NCBI GenBank assembly: GCA_963826785.1
Contig: CAWGYD010000001.1
Span: forward strand, 608,001-672,000
Reading direction: 5' to 3'
Length of the DNA: 64,000 bases
Origin: an uncultured delta proteobacterium
GTDB lineage: Bacteria; Desulfobacterota; Desulfobacteria; Desulfobacterales; Desulfosalsimonadaceae
In this document: piece after piece, positions 1 through 9,366 of the stretch
Layout: every line of letters starts with the position of its first letter
How positions within the stretch are numbered: the first letter of the stretch is position 1
Translations under genes and position numbers: made by a program
The notes under the pieces: generated by a model
Told to the model about the DNA's origin: nothing
Databases searched by the model: none
Seen by the model: the letters and a program-made list of their open reading frames with translations, nothing else

Positions 1-20
1 AATTTGAAAGGAGTCTTGCG

Positions 21-1601
21 TTGAATATTACGTTTTATGGCGCCGTAAGGGAGGTTACCGGTTCGATGCATCTGTTGACCTCGGGTCCGGACAAGATATT
101 GCTCGACTGCGGGATGTACCAGGGCCGCCGGAAAGAAGCGGAGCGGAAAAACCGCACCCTGCCGTTTGATCCGAAGATTGTCACCAACGTGATCCTCTCC
201 CATGCCCATATCGATCATTCCGGCCGGATTCCCCTGGTGACCAAAAACGATTTTTCCGGCCGCGTCATTACCACCCGGGCCACGGCAGACGCGTGCACCT
301 ACCTGCTCCCCGACAGTGCGCACATCCAGGAATCGGATGCCGGTTATCTCAATTATAAAATGGTGCGGTCCCTGATGTCCGACCTGAGGTCCAATTCCCA
401 GAAAGGGCCCAAACGGACTCAGGATATAAATGACATCCGCAGATTGCTGAAAAAGGAAAAAGGCGGCTTCGATGCGGAAATGATCGATGAAGTGGCCCGC
501 AAATATCACATGGATGTGGTCGAACCCCTCTACACCACGGAAGATGCCCAGCATGCACTGACCTTTTTCGACGGCATTCCCTACAGGGACAGCGTATCCA
601 TCGGAAAAAACACCTCCTGCACCTTCTATGATGCCGGCCACATCCTGGGCTCGGCCATCAGCATCATCCGCACCCATGACAACGGCCGGGATTTTACCGT
701 GGGGTTCACCGGCGACATCGGCCGGTTTGGAAAACCCATACTGAAGGACCCCACACTTGCCTTTGCAGAAGAAGACCGGAATCTCGATCTGCTGATCCTG
801 GAGAGCACCTACGGGGACCGGGAGCACGAGCCGGTGATGGATCTCGAGCCGCGCCTGAAACAGGTGATCAATGAAACGGTGGAGCGGGGAGGGACCCTGC
901 TGATTCCCTCCTTTGCCTTCGGTCGGACCCAGGAACTGCTCTATGTGATTCACGAATTGTACAACAAGAATGAAGTGCCCCGCCTGCCGGTGTATGTGGA
1001 CAGCCCGCTGGCCACGGAAATCACCCGGGTCTTCGGGGAGCATCCGGAAATGTATGATATCGAGACCCACCGGGATTTTCTGCGCGATGGGCAGAATCCG
1101 TTCTTCTTCAAGGAACTCCGGTTTACGGAGTCTGTGGCGGAATCCATGGCCCTGATGCGCGAAACCAGTCCCCATATCGTGATTTCCGCCTCCGGCATGT
1201 GCGAGGCCGGCCGTATTCTGCATCACCTGCGGTACAAGATTCACCAGCCGCAGAATACCATCCTGATCGTCGGGTTCATGGCCCAGCACACCCTGGGCCG
1301 TCGCCTGCTGGATCAAGGCCTGGCCTATGAGGCCTCCGGCCGAAGCGGAAATCCGCCCATCATGCGGTTCATGAACAAAACGTACCCCCTGCGGGCCCGG
1401 GTGGTCCGGCTGGGCGGATTTTCCGCCCACGGGGACAAAAACGAAATGCTTAAGTTCGTGACCGAATCGAACCTGAAGATCAACAAGATCGCCCTGGTCC
1501 ACGGCGAGGAGGAGCAGACCCTGTCGTTTGCCGACCTTCTGAAAAACAAAGGGTTTGACATATTCGTTCCCCGGGTGGGCGAGTCCCTTGCCCTGCGCTG
1601 A
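21..1601 (+). CDS. MBL-fold beta-CASP ribonuclease (TTHA0252/YSH1-like)
   Basis: GAVREVTGS N-terminus, SHAHIDHSG, DAGHILGS, FTGDIG, ESTYG, SASGMCEAGRILHHL, FSAHGD and LVHGE motifs; TTG start after AAGGAG. Confidence 0.92.
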   Translation: MNITFYGAVREVTGSMHLLTSGPDKILLDCGMYQGRRKEAERKNRTLPFDPKIVTNVILSHAHIDHSGRIPLVTKNDFSGRVITTRATADACTYLLPDSAHIQESDAGYLNYKMVRSLMSDLRSNSQKGPKRTQDINDIRRLLKKEKGGFDAEMIDEVARKYHMDVVEPLYTTEDAQHALTFFDGIPYRDSVSIGKNTSCTFYDAGHILGSAISIIRTHDNGRDFTVGFTGDIGRFGKPILKDPTLAFAEEDRNLDLLILESTYGDREHEPVMDLEPRLKQVINETVERGGTLLIPSFAFGRTQELLYVIHELYNKNEVPRLPVYVDSPLATEITRVFGEHPEMYDIETHRDFLRDGQNPFFFKELRFTESVAESMALMRETSPHIVISASGMCEAGRILHHLRYKIHQPQNTILIVGFMAQHTLGRRLLDQGLAYEASGRSGNPPIMRFMNKTYPLRARVVRLGGFSAHGDKNEMLKFVTESNLKINKIALVHGEEEQTLSFADLLKNKGFDIFVPRVGESLALR

Positions 1602-1693
1602 ATCAATCCTATCTTTTACTTGAGTTATAGTGGGTTTATGGATCAGGTCAGCTGCGAGTTTAAAATGATCAACAATCAAATGGTGGTGGATGC

Positions 1694-2642
1694 ATGACCC
1701 CCGATGAACAGGCAGCGATCAACGAATTGGCGGCAGAACCTTTCCGGGGAGGTCCGGATCGGTTACCGGTATACCGAAGATGAACGCAGCCGGGAAATTA
1801 AACGGTTCTGCGATGAACTGGCGATGCTGGCCCCGTTGGTAAAAATCGACAAAAAGGCATCTGATGAGGCCTTTGCTTATATCCAGGTCCGCGACAATGT
1901 GCGGTACCTGGGGGTTCCTCAGGACAAGGAACTGGCGCCATTCCTGGAGGCGCTGGGGGACGGACCGGAAAAAGCAGCAGGGGGGCCGGGCTCTGAAATG
2001 GCGGATCGGATCACGGTTCCGGCGTCCTTGAAAATTTATGTCTCCCCGCACTGCCCCCATTGCCCCACGATGGCGAGGAAGCTGATCGGGCTGGCCCGTA
2101 ATTGCAGCCGGGTCTTTGTTTCCATCATCGATGGCACCTTTTTCCCCCAGATGCCGGAAGATGCGGGGATCCGGTCCGCCCCCACCACCACGCTCGACGA
2201 TCACGTTCGCTGGACCGGTCAGGTGGATCTGGCCGAACTGGTGGAGGTCATCGCCACCCGGGATTTTTCCCGGCTGGGCAGGGATTCCCTGATGCGCCTG
2301 CTCCAGGAGGGGGAAGCAGAGCGACTGGCCCGACTGATGAAGGAAAACGGGCAGATCTCCCCGGAGTTTATCGATCTGCTGACCCACGAGAAATGGTCCA
2401 TCCGCCTGGGGGCCATGGTGGTGTACGAATACCTGGAGGAAAGCGATGCGGCGCTTGCCGACCGGATGCTGGAGATGGCATGGGAGCACTTTGAATCCGC
2501 CGATGATCCTGTAAAGGGGGATATCTTGTTTCTGGTGGGCAAGTCCGGCGCTGAAAAATTTAGAAAGCGGATCAATGCCGTGGCAAACGGACCGTATTCC
2601 GATTCCGTTCGTGAGGCGGCCGGAGAAGCATTATTGGGATAG
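1694..2642 (+). CDS. Thioredoxin-fold (PDO/AhpF-NTD-like) protein with C-terminal HEAT-like helices; likely +1 frameshift near 1721
   Basis: YVSPHCPHCP CxxC and IRSAP cis-Pro motif; RLGAMVVYE...VREAAGEAL HEAT-like tail; ATG at 1694 (MTPDEQAAI) joins the 1704 frame if one A at 1721-1722 is removed. Confidence 0.7.
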
Positions 2643-2757
2643 CGGGTGCACACTTGCATCGGAGATGTTGATATCTGTTAACATCAATGAAGACCCTTTT
2701 GGGTAAAGCATACTTGCCCGTTGCCCGATTCGATTTATAAAATGAAAGAAAACACCT

Positions 2758-3654
2758 ATGCTCAAACTCATCGATCTTGATATACCGGAACTCGGCTACC
2801 GGAAATTTATCACCGCCTGGCTCTATTCGGGGGAGGAGGGGAATTTTCTGGTGGACACCGGGCCGGTGTGCACCACGGATGCGCTTTTTGCAGGTATAAG
2901 CGATGCGGGCGTGGATCACCTGGACTGGATCCTGCTCACCCACATTCACCTGGATCACTCGGGGGGGCTGGGGCATGTGGTCAAGCGGTTTCCCGAAGCG
3001 ACCGTGGTCTGCCACGAAAAGGGGGCGCCCCACCTGGAAGACCCGTCAAAGCTGTGGGATGCATCATTGAAAACCATCGGCAAGGTGGCCGAAATATATG
3101 GCCAGATGGCGCCGGTCCCGGCAGACAGACTGGTCCAAATGGAAGAAATCCCCTTCGGCGGAGGCATCCGGGTGATCGCCACGCCCGGCCATGCGGCCCA
3201 CCACCAGAGTTATGTGTTTTCAGACTGGCTCTTCTGCGGCGAACTGCTGGGCATTTACCTGGATCTTGGCGGCCGGACATATCTGCGGCCGGCCACCCCG
3301 CCCCGGTTCATCCTGGATGAATTTTTATCCTCCATGAACCGGATTTCACCCTATGCGGACCGCAAATTGTGCTTTTCGCATTACGGCATGTCCCCGGACG
3401 GCCGAAAGATCCTGGATACATCAAGAGAACAGCTGAATTTATGGGTCGAGGTGGTCCGATCTCATTTGAAAGCAGAGGGGGGAGCGGCTTCAGAGCAGGC
3501 GGATCTGGATGAGATCTCGGCGGATTTGATGGCAAGGGACCCGATTTTTGCTCAGATCCGGGAACTGCCGGCCGATCTGATGGCCCGGGAAAAATATTAT
3601 GTGAAAAATTCCATCCGGGGAATCATGGCCTACCTGAAGGATTTACGAGGATGA
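2758..3654 (+). CDS. MBL-fold metallo-hydrolase
   Basis: LVDTGP, THIHLDHSGG, TPGHAAHH motifs. Confidence 0.88.
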   Translation: MLKLIDLDIPELGYRKFITAWLYSGEEGNFLVDTGPVCTTDALFAGISDAGVDHLDWILLTHIHLDHSGGLGHVVKRFPEATVVCHEKGAPHLEDPSKLWDASLKTIGKVAEIYGQMAPVPADRLVQMEEIPFGGGIRVIATPGHAAHHQSYVFSDWLFCGELLGIYLDLGGRTYLRPATPPRFILDEFLSSMNRISPYADRKLCFSHYGMSPDGRKILDTSREQLNLWVEVVRSHLKAEGGAASEQADLDEISADLMARDPIFAQIRELPADLMAREKYYVKNSIRGIMAYLKDLRG

Positions 3655-6375
3655 ATTGAGGATTTCGTATACGGTTTTTGCGATATCTTCCAGCAGGTAG
3701 GGTTTTTTCAAACAGCCGCCCGCACCCAGGGCCTGTGCTTCCATGATCCGTTCCGAGGTGGAAAAACCGGTGGCGATAACGGCCTTCTGGGCCGGGTTGA
3801 TCGAAATGATTTCCCTGAAGGTGTCCAGTCCGTCCAGCCCCGGCTCCATGATCATGTCCAGAATGATCAGATCCACCGGCGTGTGCCGGATATGCTCGAT
3901 GGCGGCTTCTCCGGAAGGCGCCGTTTCCACCGAGTAGCCAAGCTGCATCAGGATTTGCCCCGCCAGGTCCCGCTGCTCTTTCAGATCATCCACCACCAGG
4001 ATGGATTCCCCTTTGCCCGGATATTGATCCAGTGCAAACGGAAGCTTTGCCGCCGCCTCCACCTCCGACAGAAGCGCCGGAAAATAGATGTGAATGGCGG
4101 TTCCCGCGCCTGGCGTGCTTTCGATATCGATATATCCCTGGTGATCCTGCACCGCCCCCCATACCAGCGCCATGCCCAGGCCCGAGCCGCTGCGGCCCAT
4201 GGTTTTTTTGGTGTAGAAGGGCTCGAATATCCGCTCCTTTTCCTCGGCCGAAATGCCGGTCCCCTCATCGGCCACGGTCAAATGGACATAATGATTCTCC
4301 TTGATATCCGCATAGCCGGGCAGGGGCTTTTCCATGTACCGGCTGGAAGTGGAAATGGTAATATAGCCGCCTTCGGGCATGGCTTCGGCCGCATTTGAAA
4401 CCAGGTTCATCATGATTTTTGCCAGGTGAACCCGGGATGCGGAAATGTGGAGCGGATTTTCGTCCAGTGCGGTGCGCACATCGACCATGGGATGGTAGAT
4501 CAAAAGGTTGTTGTGCTCCGGGCTTTTGAGGTAATCCTCGATCATGTTGTTGAGATTGACCACCTCCATGTTGGCCAGACCTTTTCGGGCCATGGTCAGC
4601 AGGTCGGCCACGATGGCCGCGGCCCGCTCCCCCGATTTCTTGATGGTCTCGATGGGTTTGCGCAGGTCGCTGGCCGGCGGCAGTTTCATCAACAGCAGGT
4701 CTGGATAGCTCACGATGCCCGACAGGATGTTGTTGAGATCGTGGGCGACCCCGCCGGCCAGGGTGCCGATGGCCTCCATCTTCTGGGCATGCCGCAGCTG
4801 CTTTTCCAGTTTCTCTTTTTGCGTTTCCGATTCGATCTGCCAGGTAATGTCCCTGATGATTCCCCTGAATCCGGCCGGCTGCTTCAAGTCATCTTCAATC
4901 AGGGCGATGGAGCCTTCCACGAAACGCCGGGTGCCATCCTTGCGCACCAGTTTCAAATTGAACGCCCGGGTGGACCGGCGGGTCCGGTAAACACGGTTGA
5001 ACGTCTGCCGGATTTCCGCAATGTCATCTTTATCCGAAAACGTTTGAAAACGCATGCCGGACAGCTCGCTTTTCGAATACCCCAGGATCTGGCACAATGA
5101 CGGATTGAAAAAGGTCAGGTTTCCTTTGAGATCGGTCTCGTAGTATCCCTCCTCGATGCTGTTCAAAATATTCCTGTATTTTTCGCTGCTGTCTTGAATC
5201 GCGCGTTCGTGTTTTTCCCGCTGCGCGATGAGGACATCGAAATCCTGTTTAATCAGAGAAAGCGCCTCCACGACGGGATAGAAAGGATGCGAGGCATCCA
5301 TTTTCCGGTGAACGGGGTCGCTTCCCGGATGGTCCCAGCTGATGTCGGCCATGATGCGGATCAGCTCATCCACATGGCGCTGGTGGGGGGCCGCGGCCCG
5401 GCGGATGGATGGTTTGCCGCCGCCGGCAGCGGGCTGTGCCCGGCGGGTCTTATCGGTTTGGATCATCGAAAGGGCGTCTTTGACATCACTGACCACATGG
5501 ATGTCATAGGGTGCGCTGACCCGGGCCAGGTTGATGGCCGCCCGGATCATCCAGTTGGTCCTGTAAAAAATGAGCATCTGGAACGGATGCTGATGAAACC
5601 ATTGCCGATTGCGTTCGGAAAACAGCCGCCGGGCCTCCATGGAGGCATCCTTCAGCGCCGGTGTGCCGACCACCAGGTAATAGGGGGCCTGTCCGGGATT
5701 GAATTCGTCGTAGGCCTTGGCCTGGAGATCGAAAATAGCTTCGACATATTCCGCTTTCATGGACCCGCTTGCCAATACGTGAAGAATATCCCCGTCAATG
5801 ACTTCAAGACGCAGATCAAAACCATCCATTGCCAGGGACCAGTGATCCCTGGTGGTCACGGATGGAATCGGCGGGGGTGAAATCGGTTTTGCCCCGGTGT
5901 GAACGTCGGCAAGCATCTGCCGGGCCAGGGGAAGGGCGTCTTTGAGATTTTCGGCCATGGCCACGGGGAAGGGGGGCGGGTTGATGCGCATGCCGAGCTT
6001 GATGCTCAGTCTTAAGAGGGCCGACGCATTGCAGAAGATAAAGCCTGCAATATCCGGCCGCTGCTTCAGGTCATTGATAAAAAGCCGCCGGGCTTCCAGA
6101 GAGGACCCTTCCAGGCGGGACAGGTCTTCAATCTGGATATAGGGCGTCCCGTCGGCAATCTTCTTCCGGACCACATCACGGATCATGCCGACAGCCTCCC
6201 GCATGTCCGCCAGACTGGCATATCCGGAGGGGCGGCTGACCAGGACAGCCGCCCCCTTCAGCCAGTGAAAATTTGGCTGAAATGGGTTGCTGCGTTTTTG
6301 CTTCGGTCGCCCCGGTGCTTTGGGGTTTCGCCGTGAATCTGCAGAGGACGGATGATGTTTTTTGGGATCTGACAC
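3643..6375 (-). CDS. Cytoplasmic hybrid sensor histidine kinase/response regulator (two repeated N-terminal alpha/beta domains, PAS, HisKA, HATPase, REC)
   Basis: AGGVAHDLNN H-box, NLVSNAAEAM N-box, DEGTGI, FEPFYTKK, GSGLGM, REC with VVDD and LDMIM; PAS at YYETDLKG...GIIRDIT; no TM helix visible. Confidence 0.93.
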   Translation of the reverse strand: MSDPKKHHPSSADSRRNPKAPGRPKQKRSNPFQPNFHWLKGAAVLVSRPSGYASLADMREAVGMIRDVVRKKIADGTPYIQIEDLSRLEGSSLEARRLFINDLKQRPDIAGFIFCNASALLRLSIKLGMRINPPPFPVAMAENLKDALPLARQMLADVHTGAKPISPPPIPSVTTRDHWSLAMDGFDLRLEVIDGDILHVLASGSMKAEYVEAIFDLQAKAYDEFNPGQAPYYLVVGTPALKDASMEARRLFSERNRQWFHQHPFQMLIFYRTNWMIRAAINLARVSAPYDIHVVSDVKDALSMIQTDKTRRAQPAAGGGKPSIRRAAAPHQRHVDELIRIMADISWDHPGSDPVHRKMDASHPFYPVVEALSLIKQDFDVLIAQREKHERAIQDSSEKYRNILNSIEEGYYETDLKGNLTFFNPSLCQILGYSKSELSGMRFQTFSDKDDIAEIRQTFNRVYRTRRSTRAFNLKLVRKDGTRRFVEGSIALIEDDLKQPAGFRGIIRDITWQIESETQKEKLEKQLRHAQKMEAIGTLAGGVAHDLNNILSGIVSYPDLLLMKLPPASDLRKPIETIKKSGERAAAIVADLLTMARKGLANMEVVNLNNMIEDYLKSPEHNNLLIYHPMVDVRTALDENPLHISASRVHLAKIMMNLVSNAAEAMPEGGYITISTSSRYMEKPLPGYADIKENHYVHLTVADEGTGISAEEKERIFEPFYTKKTMGRSGSGLGMALVWGAVQDHQGYIDIESTPGAGTAIHIYFPALLSEVEAAAKLPFALDQYPGKGESILVVDDLKEQRDLAGQILMQLGYSVETAPSGEAAIEHIRHTPVDLIILDMIMEPGLDGLDTFREIISINPAQKAVIATGFSTSERIMEAQALGAGGCLKKPYLLEDIAKTVYEILNSSS

Positions 6376-6390
6376 GTGGGTCCGACGCTT

Positions 6391-7020
6391 TTAAGTGCTC
6401 ACTACAAGCTGTTTATGCTTCAGGTTGTCACAGATGAGATCCACGGCCTGGTCCACCGTGGTTTTTCCCATATCGATCACCAGGTCGTATAAACGGGCAT
6501 CATTGATCTCTTCTTTGAAATACTGGCGGATATATTCCGCCGATTCGTTTTCCCTGGCGGCGATAAACTGCTCGGCCGCTTTTGGGGTAATTCCCTTCTG
6601 CTTTACAACCTTTTCCACCTTGAGTGCGGCATCTTTGCGCAACCGGACGTGAAGTGTTCCCGGCTTGTTTTTCAGGATGCATTGCCCGCCCCATCCCAGG
6701 ATGATCATATTGCCGTTTTCATATAGTTTTTCCACCAGCTCCAGCGTTTTTTCATGGTAGGCCCGGTCATCCAGGCACCCGTGCTCCCGGTCGACCACCC
6801 GCTGGATCACCGAACAGGTATACCGGTCCACCAGTCTCAATATCGAGGACCGGGGCTCTTTTTCGAGCATTTTGGCTTCGCTGGGGGAAAGATGCAGTTC
6901 TTTTGCAATCTGAGCGATGAGATCATCGCCGATATATTCATAATGGAGTCTTTCGGCCAGCAGGAACGCCACTTTTTCGCTGTCCGTTTCAAATTCATTG
7001 GTGATGGTAATCGTCGCCAT
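6391..7020 (-). CDS. Cytidylate kinase-like family protein (degenerate P-loop)
   Basis: TITI...LAERLHYEY, IILGWGGQCIL, LHVRL, YDLVID match the Cytidylate_kin2 pattern. Confidence 0.75.
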   Translation of the reverse strand: MATITITNEFETDSEKVAFLLAERLHYEYIGDDLIAQIAKELHLSPSEAKMLEKEPRSSILRLVDRYTCSVIQRVVDREHGCLDDRAYHEKTLELVEKLYENGNMIILGWGGQCILKNKPGTLHVRLRKDAALKVEKVVKQKGITPKAAEQFIAARENESAEYIRQYFKEEINDARLYDLVIDMGKTTVDQAVDLICDNLKHKQLVVST

Positions 7021-7250
7021 GGTTCCTCCTGCAGTTGGATGTAAATATTGATATACGCGTGATTTCGAAGTTTATGTCCAGCCAGATGATACCATAAGCC
7101 AGATCTCCCATAATTATCAACCAAATAATCAGTTTCGGCACTTTGCATCCCCTGAAGTCGTCTAATTCATATTTATCCTAACTGACGAATATAATTTAGT
7201 TCTTAAATAGAGCGGGGTCAATGGTTGAAGCGGCAGTTGTTTTTAAACAC

Positions 7251-7266
7251 ATCCACTAAACTCCAC
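7251..7266 (-). promoter_or_regulatory. Inverted pair of MraZ-box-like repeats (GTGGAG-N4-GTGGAT)
   Basis: atccac at 7251 and ctccac at 7261, 10-nt period, same motif as the boxes at 7374/7384. Confidence 0.55.
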
Positions 7267-7333
7267 AATTTTTTTCATCGGATTTAATGCTTAAAATTAT
7301 TAATAAAAATTGCAAAATACTTTCCTTTTTTTC

Positions 7334-7361
7334 TTGACAATTTATCACGATATGATATTTT
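7334..7361 (+). promoter_or_regulatory. sigma70-type dcw promoter candidate
   Basis: TTGACA (7334-7339), 16 nt, TGn-TATTTT, in an AT-rich region upstream of mraZ. Confidence 0.55.
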
Positions 7362-7373
7362 TTCCGTAAATCA

Positions 7374-7389
7374 GTGGAGATTAGTGGAG
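7374..7389 (+). promoter_or_regulatory. MraZ binding repeats (GTGGAG-N4-GTGGAG)
   Basis: Direct repeat GTGGAG at 7374 and 7384 with 10-nt period, directly upstream of mraZ; matches known GTGG-type MraZ operators. Confidence 0.7.
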
Positions 7390-7398
7390 TCAAGCCGC

Positions 7399-7851
7399 AT
7401 GTTCCGAGAAAGTTCCTACCATACAATCGATTCCAAAAGCCGGATCATCATTCCGACCCGCTTTCGTGATTCCCTCAGGGGGAAAATGAGCCAGGACCTG
7501 ATCATCACCCGGCTGGTCACGGAGCAGGGGCTTGTGGCGTATCCCCTCGATGTATGGCAGAAAATCGAAGAGCGGTTTGAGGCCTTGACGGAATTGAGTC
7601 CGGGCATGCAGCGTTTCCGGCGGCTGTTCCTCGGCCAGGCCAAGCGTTGTGATCTGGATGGCCAGTCCAGGCTGCTGATTCCACAGCCGCTGAAAGAGTA
7701 CGCCCAGCTGGAAAAAGACATCCTGCTGGTCGGTGTTCTCGATCATTTTGAAATCTGGTCCAAGGAAAACTGGGAAGGCCAGAACCAGAAGTTTGAAGAA
7801 GATCTGCAGAAAGAGGAGGTCGTCAACGAAATAGCCAAACTGGGACTTTGA
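7399..7851 (+). CDS. mraZ: Division/cell wall cluster repressor MraZ
   Basis: HTIDSKSRIIIP and LDGQSRLLIP repeats, VGVLDHFEIW; first gene of the dcw cluster. Confidence 0.96.
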   Translation: MFRESSYHTIDSKSRIIIPTRFRDSLRGKMSQDLIITRLVTEQGLVAYPLDVWQKIEERFEALTELSPGMQRFRRLFLGQAKRCDLDGQSRLLIPQPLKEYAQLEKDILLVGVLDHFEIWSKENWEGQNQKFEEDLQKEEVVNEIAKLGL

Positions 7852-7854
7852 TCC

Positions 7855-8799
7855 ATGTCATTTCGCCACACCCCCGTTATGGTCAAGGAAGTTCTTGCGC
7901 ATCTGGACTGCGCACCGGGAAAAATAGTGGCGGACTGCACCGTCGGCGGCGCGGGCCATGCCCGGGCCATACTGGATGAAATCCTGCCCGGCGGTCTTCT
8001 CATCGGCATCGATCAGGACCATGCCGCCATCCGGCACGCACAGGAAATGCTTGCCCCACAAGCATCCAGCGTCCGGTTGTTTCATGACAACTTCATACGT
8101 CTTCCTCAAATCCTTTCCCGATTAAACATTTCCGCAATTGACGGCATTCTGGCCGATTTGGGCGTATCCCTGTTCCAGATCGAATCCAGCGGCCGGGGGT
8201 TCAGCTTCAGGGCCGATGAACCCCTTGACATGCGGATGAACTCTGATTCCGACCTCACCGCGGAAATGATCGTCAACACGTTTTCCCAGGACCGTCTCGA
8301 ATCCATTTTCAGGGAGTATGGCGAGGAAAGATGGGCCAAGTCCATTGCCCGAAACATCGTTTCCATACGCAAGCAGCGGGTCATCGGATCCAGCCAGCAG
8401 CTGGCGGACATTGTCCGCGAGTCCATGCCGGCCCGGGCCGTCCGGGAGATGAAAATTCATCCGGCGACCCGGGTCTTTATGGCCATTCGCATCGCCGTAA
8501 ACCGCGAGCTGGAAGTCCTGGACCGATTCATCACCGATGCGGTGGCGGCATTGAAGCCGGGGGGGCGCGTCTGCATACTGTCATTTCATTCCCTGGAGGA
8601 CCGGATCGTCAAAAACAGATTCAGGCAGATGGCGCAGCCCTGCACGTGTCCGCCGGATTTTCCCAGATGTGTCTGCGATCGCAAGCCCGTAATCAAGGTT
8701 TTGACCCGAAAAGTCGTCCGTCCCACGGATGAAGAGATCCGGGTCAATCCCATGTCCCGCAGCACCCGGCTGAGGGCGGCTGAGAAACTCGATGGTTAA
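7855..8799 (+). CDS. rsmH: 16S rRNA m4C1402 methyltransferase RsmH
   Basis: HTPVM, DCTVGGAGH, DLGVS, RGFSF, PLDMRM, HPATRVF, SFHSLEDRIVK. Confidence 0.98.
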   Translation: MSFRHTPVMVKEVLAHLDCAPGKIVADCTVGGAGHARAILDEILPGGLLIGIDQDHAAIRHAQEMLAPQASSVRLFHDNFIRLPQILSRLNISAIDGILADLGVSLFQIESSGRGFSFRADEPLDMRMNSDSDLTAEMIVNTFSQDRLESIFREYGEERWAKSIARNIVSIRKQRVIGSSQQLADIVRESMPARAVREMKIHPATRVFMAIRIAVNRELEVLDRFITDAVAALKPGGRVCILSFHSLEDRIVKNRFRQMAQPCTCPPDFPRCVCDRKPVIKVLTRKVVRPTDEEIRVNPMSRSTRLRAAEKLDG

Positions 8800-8837
8800 T
8801 CACTTGCCCTAAAAAGGGTGAAAAGAAAGGGTCAGCC

Positions 8838-8987
8838 ATGAAAACCTCGACGAGAGTTCTTTTTTTTGTACTGCTGGTGTCCATGATATTTGCCCTGGCG
8901 GCATTTGACCGCATGCAGCAGGCCCAACAGTTCATGCTGCCGGCGGGATACTGCCAGTCATGCATTGAACGGTCGGTCCTGGCCTGA
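8838..8987 (+). CDS. Putative 49-aa membrane-anchored protein with CxxC (MKTSTRVLFFVLLVSMIFALAAFDRMQQAQQFMLPAGYCQSCIERSVLA)
   Basis: Translated by hand; ATG after AAGAAAGGG, basic N-terminus plus hydrophobic stretch, fills the rsmH-ftsL gap on the operon strand. Confidence 0.5.
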   Translation: MKTSTRVLFFVLLVSMIFALAAFDRMQQAQQFMLPAGYCQSCIERSVLA

Positions 8988-9057
8988 GGGTGACCCGACT
9001 CAGGGCTGTAGGCCTTGCAGGTTTTTTGTTAATTTTTACGGTTAGTTGAGTTTGTCA

Positions 9058-9366
9058 ATGGTGCGCAAAAGCAATCAAAAAATCCGACCCGTCCTGTTCA
9101 CCCCGCGGCATATCGGTTATTCGGTGGTGCTGATGCTGCTGTTCCTGGTGGAATTTTTCACCCGCACCTGGTGCGGGGTGCAGTGCATCCGGACCGGATA
9201 TGACATTTCCCAGGCCACACTGAAACAGCAGGAGCTGATCGATCTGGGGAAGAATCTCGAAATCGAGCTGGGGCGGCTCAAGTCCCCCCAGGTGCTCGGC
9301 GGGATGGCCAGAGAAAAATTGAACCTTACCATTCCCAAGCCCGGACAGGTGATCGTGGTCCCATGA
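9058..9366 (+). CDS. ftsL: Cell division protein FtsL-like
   Basis: Single TM, coiled coil, LKSP...AREKLNLTIPKPGQVIVV tail; position between rsmH and ftsI. Confidence 0.85.
   Translation: MVRKSNQKIRPVLFTPRHIGYSVVLMLLFLVEFFTRTWCGVQCIRTGYDISQATLKQQELIDLGKNLEIELGRLKSPQVLGGMAREKLNLTIPKPGQVIVVP

Noticed and set aside
7384..7398. GTG start for mraZ
   Set aside because: It is part of the GTGGAG box/SD; the ATG at 7399 gives the typical MFR start
8641..8676. CTCPPDFPRCVC insert in RsmH
   Set aside because: Widespread RsmH variant
8983..9011. TGA within a small hairpin, possible selenocysteine readthrough
   Set aside because: Another TGA follows after one codon and a TAG soon after; no plausible extension
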